Assembly: GCA_035444565.1 (NCBI GenBank) | Contig: DAOMOX010000001.1 | Coordinates: forward strand, 386,335-450,334 | Direction of reading: 5' to 3' | DNA: 64,000 nucleotides | DNA from: Candidatus Dojkabacteria bacterium | GTDB taxonomy: Bacteria > Patescibacteriota > Dojkabacteria > B142 > OLB20 | In this document: positions 19,009 to 28,052 of the stretch, in pieces | How positions within the stretch are numbered: position 1 is the stretch's first letter | How the letters are laid out: each line of letters starts with the position of its first letter | Made by a program: the position numbers and the translations under genes | Notes under the pieces: model-generated | What the model was told of the DNA's origin: nothing | Database searches by the model: none | The model's input: only the letters and a program-made list of their open reading frames with translations

Positions 19009-20700
19009 TTGAATGCTAACTATTATAGCAGAAAATTTGTTCATATTTTTACGAAAATTATAAAAGTTTTATCAAGACTATTAATTATGTTAAAATGCTC
19101 AATTAGAAGTAACTTTCCAATATTGAAGAAGACTACAGAAAAAACAAAATCATTCGAAATTGGCAGAACACCTGTTATTGCTGTGATGGGTCACGTCAAC
19201 CACGGGAAGACATCTTTGCTTGATGTTATACGTAAAACTCATGTTCAGGAAAATGAAGCAGGTGGAATCACGCAAAACACTAGAGCACATCAAGTTGACT
19301 ACAAAGGATATAAGATGACTTTTATTGATACACCAGGTCATGAAGCTTTTTCAGAGATGCGTTCCAGAGGTGCAAAAGTAACAGATATAGTAATGTTGGT
19401 TGTTGCTGCGGATGATGGAGTACAACCTCAAACAAAGGAGTCAATAAAATTCGCTAAAATGGCTAAAGTACCTGTTGTTGTTGCGATAAACAAAATAGAT
19501 GTACCAGGAAAAAATCTCGATAAATTGAAACAAGAGCTTAGTAGTGCTGGTTTGGAACTTGAAGAATACGGAGGAGACGTGATTATTACTGAAGTTTCAG
19601 CAAAAAAAGAAACAAATATTGATGGTTTATTGGAGAATTTACTACTTGTAGCGGAATTAAGTAATCTCAAACCTCATGACAAACCTGAGAATGGCCTTGC
19701 ACAGGGTTTTGTGCTTGAGTCTAACTTAGATAAAAACGTTGGTCCAGTTGCCTTGATTCTAATTCAAGCAGGTACGGTGACATCGAATAATTATCTTGCT
19801 TATGAAGGAAATGTCGACAAAGTAAGATCTTTACTTGACGAAAAACAAAACAAACTAGAAACCGCTCAACAAGGAGATCCAGTATGGATAACTGGTCTTG
19901 ATAGGGTATTGCATACAGGAGAGACTGTGATATTTTGTGAAACCGAAAAACAGGCAAAAGCTATAGATAATAAAACTATTGAAGAACAGATTAAAATTGT
20001 TAATGAAGTTGAAGAAGTAACAGAAGCCGAGAAAAACGATAATGATGTAGATTTGTTAGCTTCTCTTATCAATTCTGCAAAAACCGAGGAAGAAATTAAA
20101 TATTTAAATGTAATTCTTAAGACATCTACTTCCGGGACTCTAGAAGCTGTCAAAGAACAGTTAGAGAATCTTGATAGTGATAAAGTTAAAATAAAAGTAA
20201 TATTGGCTGGAGTTGGAAAGATTAACGAGAAGGATATACAAGCTGCACAAGCCTCGTATGGTATCGTCATTGGTTTTCAAGTTGAACCAGACAAAAATAT
20301 CGTCGAAATTGCCGAGAAAGATAAAATCCTGCTTAAGAATTACGAAATTATCTATGAGATGCTAGACGAATTAGGAGAAGTTCTTGATTCAATGGAGGAT
20401 CCTGTCCACGAAGAAGTCGAAGTTGCAAAAGCATCTGTAAAGAAAGTCTTTGTGCTTTCAAATGGCAAATTTGTAGCCGGTTGCGTTGTCGAAAAAGGAA
20501 ATGTTGTAAAAGGTTATAAAGTTTATGTTATGCGCGATGAAATCAGACTAGAACAAGATGCAAAGATAGTATTATTAAAAAAGCAAAAAAATGAAGTAAA
20601 AGAAGTGAAGAAAGGCGAAGAATGTGGAATTATGCTCGATCCTAATTTCGAGATCAAAGAAGGTGACGTAATCGTATGTTACAAAATGGAAAGGGTTTGA
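19009..20700 (+). CDS. infB: translation initiation factor IF-2 (short form lacking long N-terminal domains)
   Basis: G domain 'VIAVMGHVNHGKTSLLDVIRKT...GGITQ...IDTPGHEAF...AINKID'. Domain II and C-terminal fMet-tRNA-binding domain follow. True start may be the internal ATG at 19087 (MLKCSIRS). Confidence 0.9.
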   Translation: MNANYYSRKFVHIFTKIIKVLSRLLIMLKCSIRSNFPILKKTTEKTKSFEIGRTPVIAVMGHVNHGKTSLLDVIRKTHVQENEAGGITQNTRAHQVDYKGYKMTFIDTPGHEAFSEMRSRGAKVTDIVMLVVAADDGVQPQTKESIKFAKMAKVPVVVAINKIDVPGKNLDKLKQELSSAGLELEEYGGDVIITEVSAKKETNIDGLLENLLLVAELSNLKPHDKPENGLAQGFVLESNLDKNVGPVALILIQAGTVTSNNYLAYEGNVDKVRSLLDEKQNKLETAQQGDPVWITGLDRVLHTGETVIFCETEKQAKAIDNKTIEEQIKIVNEVEEVTEAEKNDNDVDLLASLINSAKTEEEIKYLNVILKTSTSGTLEAVKEQLENLDSDKVKIKVILAGVGKINEKDIQAAQASYGIVIGFQVEPDKNIVEIAEKDKILLKNYEIIYEMLDELGEVLDSMEDPVHEEVEVAKASVKKVFVLSNGKFVAGCVVEKGNVVKGYKVYVMRDEIRLEQDAKIVLLKKQKNEVKEVKKGEECGIMLDPNFEIKEGDVIVCYKMERV

Positions 20701-20738
20701 TAGACAAAAACTATTTGCTCCGATAAAACATTAATTAA

Positions 20739-21509
20739 ATGAATCTAAGAGAATTATACCTCAAGTTGAAGTTAAGTTTTTCTGCAGTCACCTTACTGAT
20801 TGTAATAAATGTTTTGTTTTTTGTGCTTAGTACAATAATCGGCTCATTTATAGGTTCCACAAGTGCATTGAGACTCCTTGGTGCAGAATATGTACCTGAT
20901 ATTCTTAGTGGTGAATATTGGAGGCTTGTGATGCCTGCATTTTTACACGCAGGAATCTTCCACTTGATATTAAATATGTGGGCACTTTATCATCTAGGAG
21001 GTGCTATCGAGACATTTTATGGACATGGAAAAGTATTGGTGGTTTATGTAATTACTGGGTTTTTCGGTTCGTTGTTTAGTGTTATTGCTTCTCTTTCACA
21101 GATTTATTTCTCTCAAGGAAGTGATGGATTTTCAATCTCAGTCGGATCTTCAGCAGCTGTATTCGGTTTTGTTGGGTTATTAATTGGTAATAAATTCAAA
21201 AAAAACACTTTCTCGGTAAGTATTGATAATTATATTAATACCTCTCAACTCTGGTTTTTTGTGGGTGTAAACATACTTTTCGGTCTTGGCGTAAACTTCA
21301 TGGGAAGTGGTTTCGCGATTAACAACTTCGCGCATATTGGCGGATTTCTTTCTGGTTTGGTTTTGGGAGTTATTCTTGATTTAATAAATACAACCTATCA
21401 GAGCAAATCAAAGAGTTTTATTGAAAAATTTTTATTTGTATTCGCATCCGTTCTGATTATTTTGAGTTTAATAGGACAATCAGTGTATATTTTTACAAGT
21501 ATTTATTAG
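20739..21509 (+). CDS. rhomboid-family intramembrane serine protease
   Basis: Catalytic Ser motif 'GSSAAVFG' and His motif 'AHIGGFLSGL' in TM helices. 6-7 TM. Confidence 0.8.
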   Translation: MNLRELYLKLKLSFSAVTLLIVINVLFFVLSTIIGSFIGSTSALRLLGAEYVPDILSGEYWRLVMPAFLHAGIFHLILNMWALYHLGGAIETFYGHGKVLVVYVITGFFGSLFSVIASLSQIYFSQGSDGFSISVGSSAAVFGFVGLLIGNKFKKNTFSVSIDNYINTSQLWFFVGVNILFGLGVNFMGSGFAINNFAHIGGFLSGLVLGVILDLINTTYQSKSKSFIEKFLFVFASVLIILSLIGQSVYIFTSIY

Positions 21510-21526
21510 ATTATTAATTAAATAAC

Positions 21527-22111
21527 ATGGTAGCAGTAGTATTCGGAATCCCTGGCGTGGGTAAATCAACAATAGTTAATAGGGTAAAAGATGACCTCAG
21601 TTTAGTGTATATTCATCCAGGTAATATTATGTATGAAATCGCCTCAGAAAAGGGCATCGTCGAGAATGTTGATCAGATGAGAAAGCTGAAATTGTCAGTA
21701 CAACAACAATTACAGGAAGAAATGGCTGGAGTTGTAGCAGAGAAAATTAACTCTCAGAAAGAAAATAGTTTCATAATAGATACTCATGCAATAGTCAAAA
21801 CTCCCCAGGGGTTCTTCCCAGGCTTAAGAAATGCTTTCTTTGAAGTGGTACAACCTGACATCTATCTGGTCGTAGAGTCAAAACCCGAGATGATATTACA
21901 GAGGAGGACTGCCGACAAGGATAGAGTTAGACAAGATGATCATTCACTAGATGAGATTTTGCTCCATATCGACCTTACGAGAGATTTCGCTTCAGCGTAT
22001 TCGATATATAGCCAAGCAAATTTTGCTGTAATTGAAAACAAAGAAGGCGACATTGATTATGCAGTAAACGAAATGTCGGGAATAATTTCCAGATTTATGG
22101 AAATACAGTAA
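21527..22111 (+). CDS. adkA: archaeal-type adenylate kinase (AdkA family)
   Basis: P-loop 'GIPGVGKST'. 'DQMRKL', 'IDTHAIVKTPQGFFPGL', 'PDIYLVVE', 'QRRTADKDRVRQD' and 'DYAVNEM' are co-linear with the Methanocaldococcus AdkA motifs (recalled from memory). Confidence 0.8.
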   Translation: MVAVVFGIPGVGKSTIVNRVKDDLSLVYIHPGNIMYEIASEKGIVENVDQMRKLKLSVQQQLQEEMAGVVAEKINSQKENSFIIDTHAIVKTPQGFFPGLRNAFFEVVQPDIYLVVESKPEMILQRRTADKDRVRQDDHSLDEILLHIDLTRDFASAYSIYSQANFAVIENKEGDIDYAVNEMSGIISRFMEIQ

Positions 22112-22221
22112 TTTGTTTTGATATACTTGCTTTAGAAATTATGAAAAACTACACCTTAATACAAAAATTCATGATGATGTACTCTCCACCGGGTTCATAA
22201 TCTATGGATTTATTGATTATC

Positions 22222-22248
22222 AGACCCCTAAAAAGGGGTCTTTTTTTA
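22222..22248 (+). terminator. rho-independent terminator after adkA-like gene
   Basis: AGACCCCT-AAAA-AGGGGTCT followed by TTTTTTT. Confidence 0.65.
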
Positions 22249-22266
22249 TTTATTAATTTCTTAATT

Positions 22267-23064
22267 ATGTTTGTAACAATTATAAGCGACTGTAATGATG
22301 CAAATGAATCAGCAAGGCAGTTAACTCGAGCCAACGTTTTATTCAATTGTCCCGCAAATTCATTGCGTCTAGGTAATTACTCCGATATCCAGTCTTCGGG
22401 AAACTTAATAGACATTCTAGATGCGAGTGAGGGTAGGGAGGGGGTAATAATTTTAAATGTTGCTCCTCGATTTGGAACGGCTAAAAGATGGTCAAATGGT
22501 GTTCCTTTTGGATTCTTCCGTTATAAAGAGTCTATTGTGGTATTGACTGTAAACGATTTTGTATTAGCATTGTTAAAAAAGCTTGAGATAACAAATGAAG
22601 TAAATGTCACACAAATCCCAGAGGTAATTGATACATTGATTAATCATAAATTGATAGTAGAGGATAATAGAGACTACATAATCAACACACAATTCAGAAG
22701 CTATGAGTACGCACCAAAGCTCGCAAAACTTGTGTTGGATGGTGCAGATTTCCCATCTGAAGTGATTAAAATCAGTGACAACCCTGAATTAGAGAAAGGG
22801 AAAGTATGGTTTATTGACAGTTTTGGAAATTGCAAAACTACGCTATTGAGAGATGAGTTAGAATTTTCAACTGATGGCTTTGTTAAAACGAGATGGGGGC
22901 ATATTAAATTCTATGAAAGATTGAAGGACGTAGATAATGACAATCTGGGTATATATATTGGAAGTTCCGGAATAGGCCAAAAGCGATTTGCAGAGATTAC
23001 AATACAAGGAGGAAGTGCTTCTTCTGGAATTGGTATAAATATTGGTGACAATGTGCTTGTATAA
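22267..23064 (+). CDS. SAM hydroxide adenosyltransferase family protein (DUF62; fluorinase/chlorinase-like fold)
   Basis: Start moved to the ATG at 22267, which lies after the terminator. N-terminus 'MFVTIISDCNDANESA' fits the DUF62 'LLTDFGxxDxYVG' pattern. C-terminal 'KVWFIDSFGNCKTT' matches the DUF62 'IDHFGN' motif. Confidence 0.55.
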   Translation: MFVTIISDCNDANESARQLTRANVLFNCPANSLRLGNYSDIQSSGNLIDILDASEGREGVIILNVAPRFGTAKRWSNGVPFGFFRYKESIVVLTVNDFVLALLKKLEITNEVNVTQIPEVIDTLINHKLIVEDNRDYIINTQFRSYEYAPKLAKLVLDGADFPSEVIKISDNPELEKGKVWFIDSFGNCKTTLLRDELEFSTDGFVKTRWGHIKFYERLKDVDNDNLGIYIGSSGIGQKRFAEITIQGGSASSGIGINIGDNVLV

Positions 23065-23069
23065 ATAGC

Positions 23070-23735
23070 CTAAATAGTGGATTTCGATTTTCTCCAGGCT
23101 TCAATATTGCTATGATTTCCACTTAGTAAAACCTCAGGGACAGTCCACTCACTGCCCTCGTCTGTTATGAACTTTTCTGGTCTTGTATATTGAGGTGCTT
23201 CGGTTTTGTTTTCATCAGTGAATGATTCGTTTTCAATAGAAGTTTCGTTTCCTAAAACCCCTGGCAATAATCTCGTGACAGCATCTGTGATTACCATTGC
23301 AGGGATTTCTCCTCCGGTTAAAACATATTGTCCAATTGAGATTTCGAGGTCAGCAATATGTTCCTTAACTCTTTCGTCAATTCCTTCGTAATGACCACAA
23401 ATGAAGATTATTGCCTCATATTTTGAAAAATCTCGTGCATGTTTCTGTGTAAAAACTTGCCCCTTTGCGCTCGTGAGAAGCACTAAAGTTTTTTTGTCCC
23501 CGATGGATTCTTGAATTTCTTTTACTGCTTTGTAGATAGGCTCGACCATCATAACCATTCCTGCCCCTCCACCGTATGGTCTATGATCAATTGTTTTATG
23601 TTTGTCATTTGTCCATTTACGAATATTGTGTGTTTTTATTGTGATTAGTTTTTGCTCTTGTGCTCGTTTCAGGATGCTTTTACTGAATGGAGATTCAAAC
23701 ATTTCAGGAAAAGCTGTAATTATGTGAATTTGCAT
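23070..23735 (-). CDS. trmD: tRNA (guanine37-N1)-methyltransferase
   Basis: 'MQIHIITAFPEMFESPF' and SPOUT knot motifs 'LLTSAKGQVFTQ' and 'IFICGHYEGIDERV'. Start set at MQIHII. Confidence 0.9.
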   Translation of the reverse strand: MQIHIITAFPEMFESPFSKSILKRAQEQKLITIKTHNIRKWTNDKHKTIDHRPYGGGAGMVMMVEPIYKAVKEIQESIGDKKTLVLLTSAKGQVFTQKHARDFSKYEAIIFICGHYEGIDERVKEHIADLEISIGQYVLTGGEIPAMVITDAVTRLLPGVLGNETSIENESFTDENKTEAPQYTRPEKFITDEGSEWTVPEVLLSGNHSNIEAWRKSKSTI

Positions 23736-23852
23736 TTTATATATGATTATTTTAAATTGCATAGTTTTGTACTACTTAAAGAAAGCTTTGTTACTTTCCT
23801 TACTTTAATACCATCAAAAAATCAGGTATCATAGGTAAATACTACTTTCACA

Positions 23853-24599
23853 ATGCATCTTAATTATACAGCTAAAGGACAAGGCAAAAAAACGATAATT
23901 TTGCTTCATGGTTGGGGTGGTAGTTTGAAAAGTCTCACTCCGCTCCAGAACGAATTGATTAAATCCGGTAAATTCAGGGTTTTTAACATAGAATGGCCAG
24001 GATTTGGCGATAGTCCTGTAACAAACCACTCCGCTAATCTAGCAGATTATGTGAAATATCTAGAGGATTTTATTATTAATCAGAATTTAATAAGACCTAT
24101 CCTCGTTGGGCATTCATTTGGTGGTAAAGTTGCAATGTCTATGCTGATAAACAATTCTGGAATCGCGGAGAAGTTAATTTTAATTAACTCCTCTGGATTA
24201 AAGCCGAGAAATAGTCTGAAAAAGGCAGCTCTATTTTTACCAACAAAACTATTTGGAAGTGTCTTTTCTTTGCCTGGATTAAAAAAAGTTAAACCACTTA
24301 CCAGAAAGATTTATTATAAAATTGTGGTTCGTGAATCTGATTATTTAAAGTCTGAAGAATTGAGCGAGAGCTTGAAGTGCATATTGGATGAGAATTTGGA
24401 TGAAAAAGTTAAAGACATAGAGGTTGAAACATTATTATTATGGGGGGAGAAGGACACCAGAACACCTTTATGGATGGCGGAATATCTTAGAGATGAAATA
24501 CCTAACTCAAAACTCGAGGTAATAAAAGATGCACGACACAATCTGCCTCTTATACAACCTGAACTGGTATCAACCATGATATCGCTATTTATTAAATAA
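23853..24599 (+). CDS. alpha/beta-fold hydrolase
   Basis: 'ILLHGWGGS' oxyanion region and nucleophile elbow 'GHSFGG'. Catalytic His near the C-terminus. Confidence 0.8.
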   Translation: MHLNYTAKGQGKKTIILLHGWGGSLKSLTPLQNELIKSGKFRVFNIEWPGFGDSPVTNHSANLADYVKYLEDFIINQNLIRPILVGHSFGGKVAMSMLINNSGIAEKLILINSSGLKPRNSLKKAALFLPTKLFGSVFSLPGLKKVKPLTRKIYYKIVVRESDYLKSEELSESLKCILDENLDEKVKDIEVETLLLWGEKDTRTPLWMAEYLRDEIPNSKLEVIKDARHNLPLIQPELVSTMISLFIK

Positions 24600-24604
24600 T
24601 TTAA

Positions 24605-26407
24605 ATGGACAAGTTTCTTGTACTTTACCTTTTATTAATTTTTCCTGCATTTATAGGGATTATTAGATATTTCCTTCAGTTATTGCAATTATGGCAGGTC
24701 AAAGAATATCGAATCGATCGAGTATTATCATACCTTCGATATGAGAAGAAATACTCGCAACTTGGAACGGTATTATTGTTGCTTAAAATCTCCTTTCTAA
24801 TTAATGGAGTTCTTTATATTCTTTATCCAAATGCAGGTTATCTATCATTTACATATATACTTGCTTACGTACTTTACTTCATGCATTTGGAGTGGTTCAT
24901 AACTGATGTAATAAGCCGACGGTTGGTGCGACCAAGAATTAGGAGCATAAGAAACTTACTAATTTCGTCCGCTGTGCTGACGTTCATAGTTTCAATTTAT
25001 GCGAGGATTCTGGTATGGTTCCTACAGTTTGATCTGAATAATGTAAATTTTGTATCTCCAGAAGGACTTACCTTGAAGAATATTGCTGATACGTTTAACC
25101 CTGTCGTGGTTCAAAGTGAAGAGGTGATTCCTCTTTTAACACTGGTAGTCGGTCTAACAATTTGTGTATCCCTATTAATTGATCTGTTAATTCCTTTTTG
25201 GACATTCCTTATGGTGATTGCCACAGCACCACTTTCCTATATCTCAAGGAAGCGTAAGATTATGTCTGCAACGAAAATTATTAGAGAAAAAGGTAATACA
25301 ATGAAAGTAGTTGCGATAACCGGAAGTTATGGAAAAACTACAACAAAAGAATTAATATATGAAATTCTCAAAGATAAGTTCAATGTTGCGAAAACTCCTC
25401 TGAACAACAATACTGCCGTAGGTCTAGCACAAGCTGTAAAGACATATATTAAAGATGATACAGAAGTTTTTGTTGTTGAAATGGGAGCATATAGAAAAGG
25501 TGAAATAAAACAGTCTACAAAAATAGTCTCCCCTGACATAGCCGTCGTAACTGCGCTTTCTCAACAACATGTAAGTTTATTTGGATCTATTGAAAAGATA
25601 TATCAAGCAAAGTTTGAACTAATTGACGGTCTTAAAGACAATGGGGTCGCAATTTTTAACGGTGACGATGAAAAATGCCAAATGATGTCTAGAGAAACAA
25701 GTAAAGAAAAAGTATTTTTCTTCAAAAAGAACTCTGAAGGACTAAAATTCGATAAATTTAAAATGAACACAAGTCAATCGAGTTCAGATGATAAGAATCT
25801 GTACATTGTAAACGTTATCGACCTAGGAGATGTGTTAGATTTACAATTACGATACAAAGGAGAAATTTATCGATTTAAAGTTGGATTGAAAGAAGAAAGA
25901 TTTTCTATTAATCTTGCGGCAGCAGTCCTTGTCTCTTTGCAATTAGGCATGACAATGGACGAAATAATCACAAAAATATCATCATGGAACTATTCTGTAG
26001 AATATCTAAAGGTACACAATGGAATCAATGGCTCTACAGTAATTGATGACGGAAAAAGTTCTAACAAAGAGGGTTTCTTATTAGCCTTAGATTATTTAGA
26101 TAATAAGTTTGAGGGAAACAAATGGGTTATGACTCAAGGAATAATCGAACTTGGAAATGAGAGATATAATACATACAAGGAAATAGCAGAGAGAATCGTA
26201 GAGGTTTCTAATGGCATAATCTGTAATGACGAGGATTTAATCTCTGCCGTTCGGCGTGCTAACTCAAATTTTGTAATATTGAAAGTTAACAATATAAATG
26301 GTTTTGTAGATGCATACAAGTTTAACGTAAAGAAAGGAGAGAAAGTATTACTGGAGGGCACATTCCCCCAGACAATTTTAAATCAGATTATCGTCAATGG
26401 TTCATAA
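24605..26407 (+). CDS. Mur ligase family protein (MurF-like) with N-terminal ~230-aa polytopic membrane domain
   Basis: About 6 TM helices at the N-terminus. ATP-binding 'VVAITGSYGKTTTKE' and 'EMGAYRKGEIKQSTKIVSPDIAVVTALSQQHVSLFGSIEKIYQAKFEL' (MurF-like central domain), followed by a Mur ligase C-terminal domain. Confidence 0.7.
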   Translation: MDKFLVLYLLLIFPAFIGIIRYFLQLLQLWQVKEYRIDRVLSYLRYEKKYSQLGTVLLLLKISFLINGVLYILYPNAGYLSFTYILAYVLYFMHLEWFITDVISRRLVRPRIRSIRNLLISSAVLTFIVSIYARILVWFLQFDLNNVNFVSPEGLTLKNIADTFNPVVVQSEEVIPLLTLVVGLTICVSLLIDLLIPFWTFLMVIATAPLSYISRKRKIMSATKIIREKGNTMKVVAITGSYGKTTTKELIYEILKDKFNVAKTPLNNNTAVGLAQAVKTYIKDDTEVFVVEMGAYRKGEIKQSTKIVSPDIAVVTALSQQHVSLFGSIEKIYQAKFELIDGLKDNGVAIFNGDDEKCQMMSRETSKEKVFFFKKNSEGLKFDKFKMNTSQSSSDDKNLYIVNVIDLGDVLDLQLRYKGEIYRFKVGLKEERFSINLAAAVLVSLQLGMTMDEIITKISSWNYSVEYLKVHNGINGSTVIDDGKSSNKEGFLLALDYLDNKFEGNKWVMTQGIIELGNERYNTYKEIAERIVEVSNGIICNDEDLISAVRRANSNFVILKVNNINGFVDAYKFNVKKGEKVLLEGTFPQTILNQIIVNGS

Positions 26408-27416
26408 AGAAATAACAGACAAAACTTATTGGGAAGAATTCATTTCTAGTAGCGGTTTCAAAACAAGCTTTTTCCAATCATGGGCGTGGGGAGAATTTGA
26501 AAAGTCACTTGGAAAAAATGTAGTCAGAATGGGATTTTATATCGAGGAAAATATTGTCGCAATTGCACAGGTGGTAGAAGTAAATGCAAAAAGAGGAAGG
26601 TTTCTACATGTTCGGAACGGACCAGTAACGGACTGGGACAATGATGAAATTGTCGAGGAACTATTAAAACATCTGAGGATTATTGGGCAGGAGTTTAATG
26701 TCGATTTCTTAAGAATAAGCCCTCATGTTAAACATGAAAATTTTAATGCGAAGATCTGGAAGGAGAGAGGATTTGTTCAAAACCAAATGCATGATGTGGA
26801 TGCAGAGATAACATGGGTATTGGATTTAACGCAGGATATTGTAACCATACTTCAGAATATGCGAAAAAATACTCGATACTATATACGCAAAGCGGAGAAA
26901 GAAGGAGTTAAAATTCATAAAAGTAGAGATATTAATGATTTAGATAAATTTTATAGCGTTTATGACGATACTGTAAAAAGACAACAATGGAAAGCTTACA
27001 GCCATGATTATTTACGGAAAGAATTTGAAATTTTTTCGCGAGAAGGAGAGATTGCAATATATTTGGCCGAGTACCAAGGGAAGATTATTGCAGCATCATT
27101 ATTTATCTATTATCTCGGAGAGACTTTTTATCACCATTCAGGTTCCCTTACTGAATATCAAAAGATACCCGCCTCGTATCTTCTTCAATGGGAGTCAATC
27201 AAGGATTCAAAAGCGAAGGGGATTACCAAATACAATTTCTTTGGAATTGCCAGAGACGATAATTCTAAACATCCATGGGCTGGACTTACTTTCTTTAAGA
27301 AAGGTTTCGGTGGTGAAGAACAAAGATGGATGCATGCTCACGACCTACCAATAAAGCCAAAATACTGGTTTACATACTTCTACGAACTCTTCGAAAGAGT
27401 AAAAAGGGGGTATTAA
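26397..27416 (+). CDS. FemAB-family aminoacyl-tRNA-dependent peptidyltransferase (peptidoglycan bridge formation-like)
   Basis: 'FFQSWAWGEF' N-terminal signature. GNAT-like duplicated fold of the appropriate length (339 aa). 11-nt overlap with the upstream Mur ligase gene. Confidence 0.65.
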   Translation: MVHKEITDKTYWEEFISSSGFKTSFFQSWAWGEFEKSLGKNVVRMGFYIEENIVAIAQVVEVNAKRGRFLHVRNGPVTDWDNDEIVEELLKHLRIIGQEFNVDFLRISPHVKHENFNAKIWKERGFVQNQMHDVDAEITWVLDLTQDIVTILQNMRKNTRYYIRKAEKEGVKIHKSRDINDLDKFYSVYDDTVKRQQWKAYSHDYLRKEFEIFSREGEIAIYLAEYQGKIIAASLFIYYLGETFYHHSGSLTEYQKIPASYLLQWESIKDSKAKGITKYNFFGIARDDNSKHPWAGLTFFKKGFGGEEQRWMHAHDLPIKPKYWFTYFYELFERVKRGY

Positions 27417-28033
27417 TCCCTTTTGCTATGACTTTTATGTGGTTTCCCTGCTTGTAATACATGTCCTAATGTTGTGAATGTTGTACCGAATACAACTCCG
27501 CTTAGGAAAGCGATAAGAAGGAACATATATAAGTAAGCAGATGACTCAGTTTCGGTAGACTTAGGCTTTTCAGTTGTGGTTCCAAAAAGTAAAAATGCTT
27601 CCCCGCTATCTTCTTTGAAAACACCATCAGGACCCATGTATGAGTTTCCCTCTGTTTTGGTGATTCTTAATTGAGAAAGGTTATCTTCTCTTTCAACTGT
27701 GAAAACACCTAAAACATCTCCGTATTCGAACACATCAGTGGCATTAGCAATATCAACACAGACTTTGGTTTCAGTAAATTTATTGTTTTCTTCATCACAC
27801 ACACCAATTGATAGAAGTCCATCATCTCCAGCACTGAAACTTGTGATTGTTCCACCTTGAACTTCAAGTCTAAGCTGGACAGCAGTGCTATTCATATCGG
27901 GACTAGCAAGAACAATGAATGTTTGTAATTCACTCGTTTTTTCACTCTGGGATTCCACCGTAACAGCTTGTGAGCTTTGTGTAAAAAGTGTTAAAGATAC
28001 TACTGTAGCTAGGGCAAAGAAGAACTTTTTCAT
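27413..28033 (-). CDS. secreted protein with C-terminal membrane anchor, paralog family member A
   Basis: Signal peptide 'MKKFFFALATVVSLTLFTQSSQA'. Conserved core '...GGTI...IGVCD...C.DIA' shared with 28053-28670 and 39516-40154. C-terminal TM followed by 'KPHKSHSKRD'. Confidence 0.6.
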   Translation of the reverse strand: MKKFFFALATVVSLTLFTQSSQAVTVESQSEKTSELQTFIVLASPDMNSTAVQLRLEVQGGTITSFSAGDDGLLSIGVCDEENNKFTETKVCVDIANATDVFEYGDVLGVFTVEREDNLSQLRITKTEGNSYMGPDGVFKEDSGEAFLLFGTTTEKPKSTETESSAYLYMFLLIAFLSGVVFGTTFTTLGHVLQAGKPHKSHSKRD

Positions 28034-28052
28034 GGCAGTTTTTAAAAATAAA

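Noticed and set aside
22149-22346. 65-aa minus-strand ORF
   Set aside because: It overlaps the plus-strand intrinsic terminator (22222-22248) and the start of the DUF62 gene. It is likely spurious.
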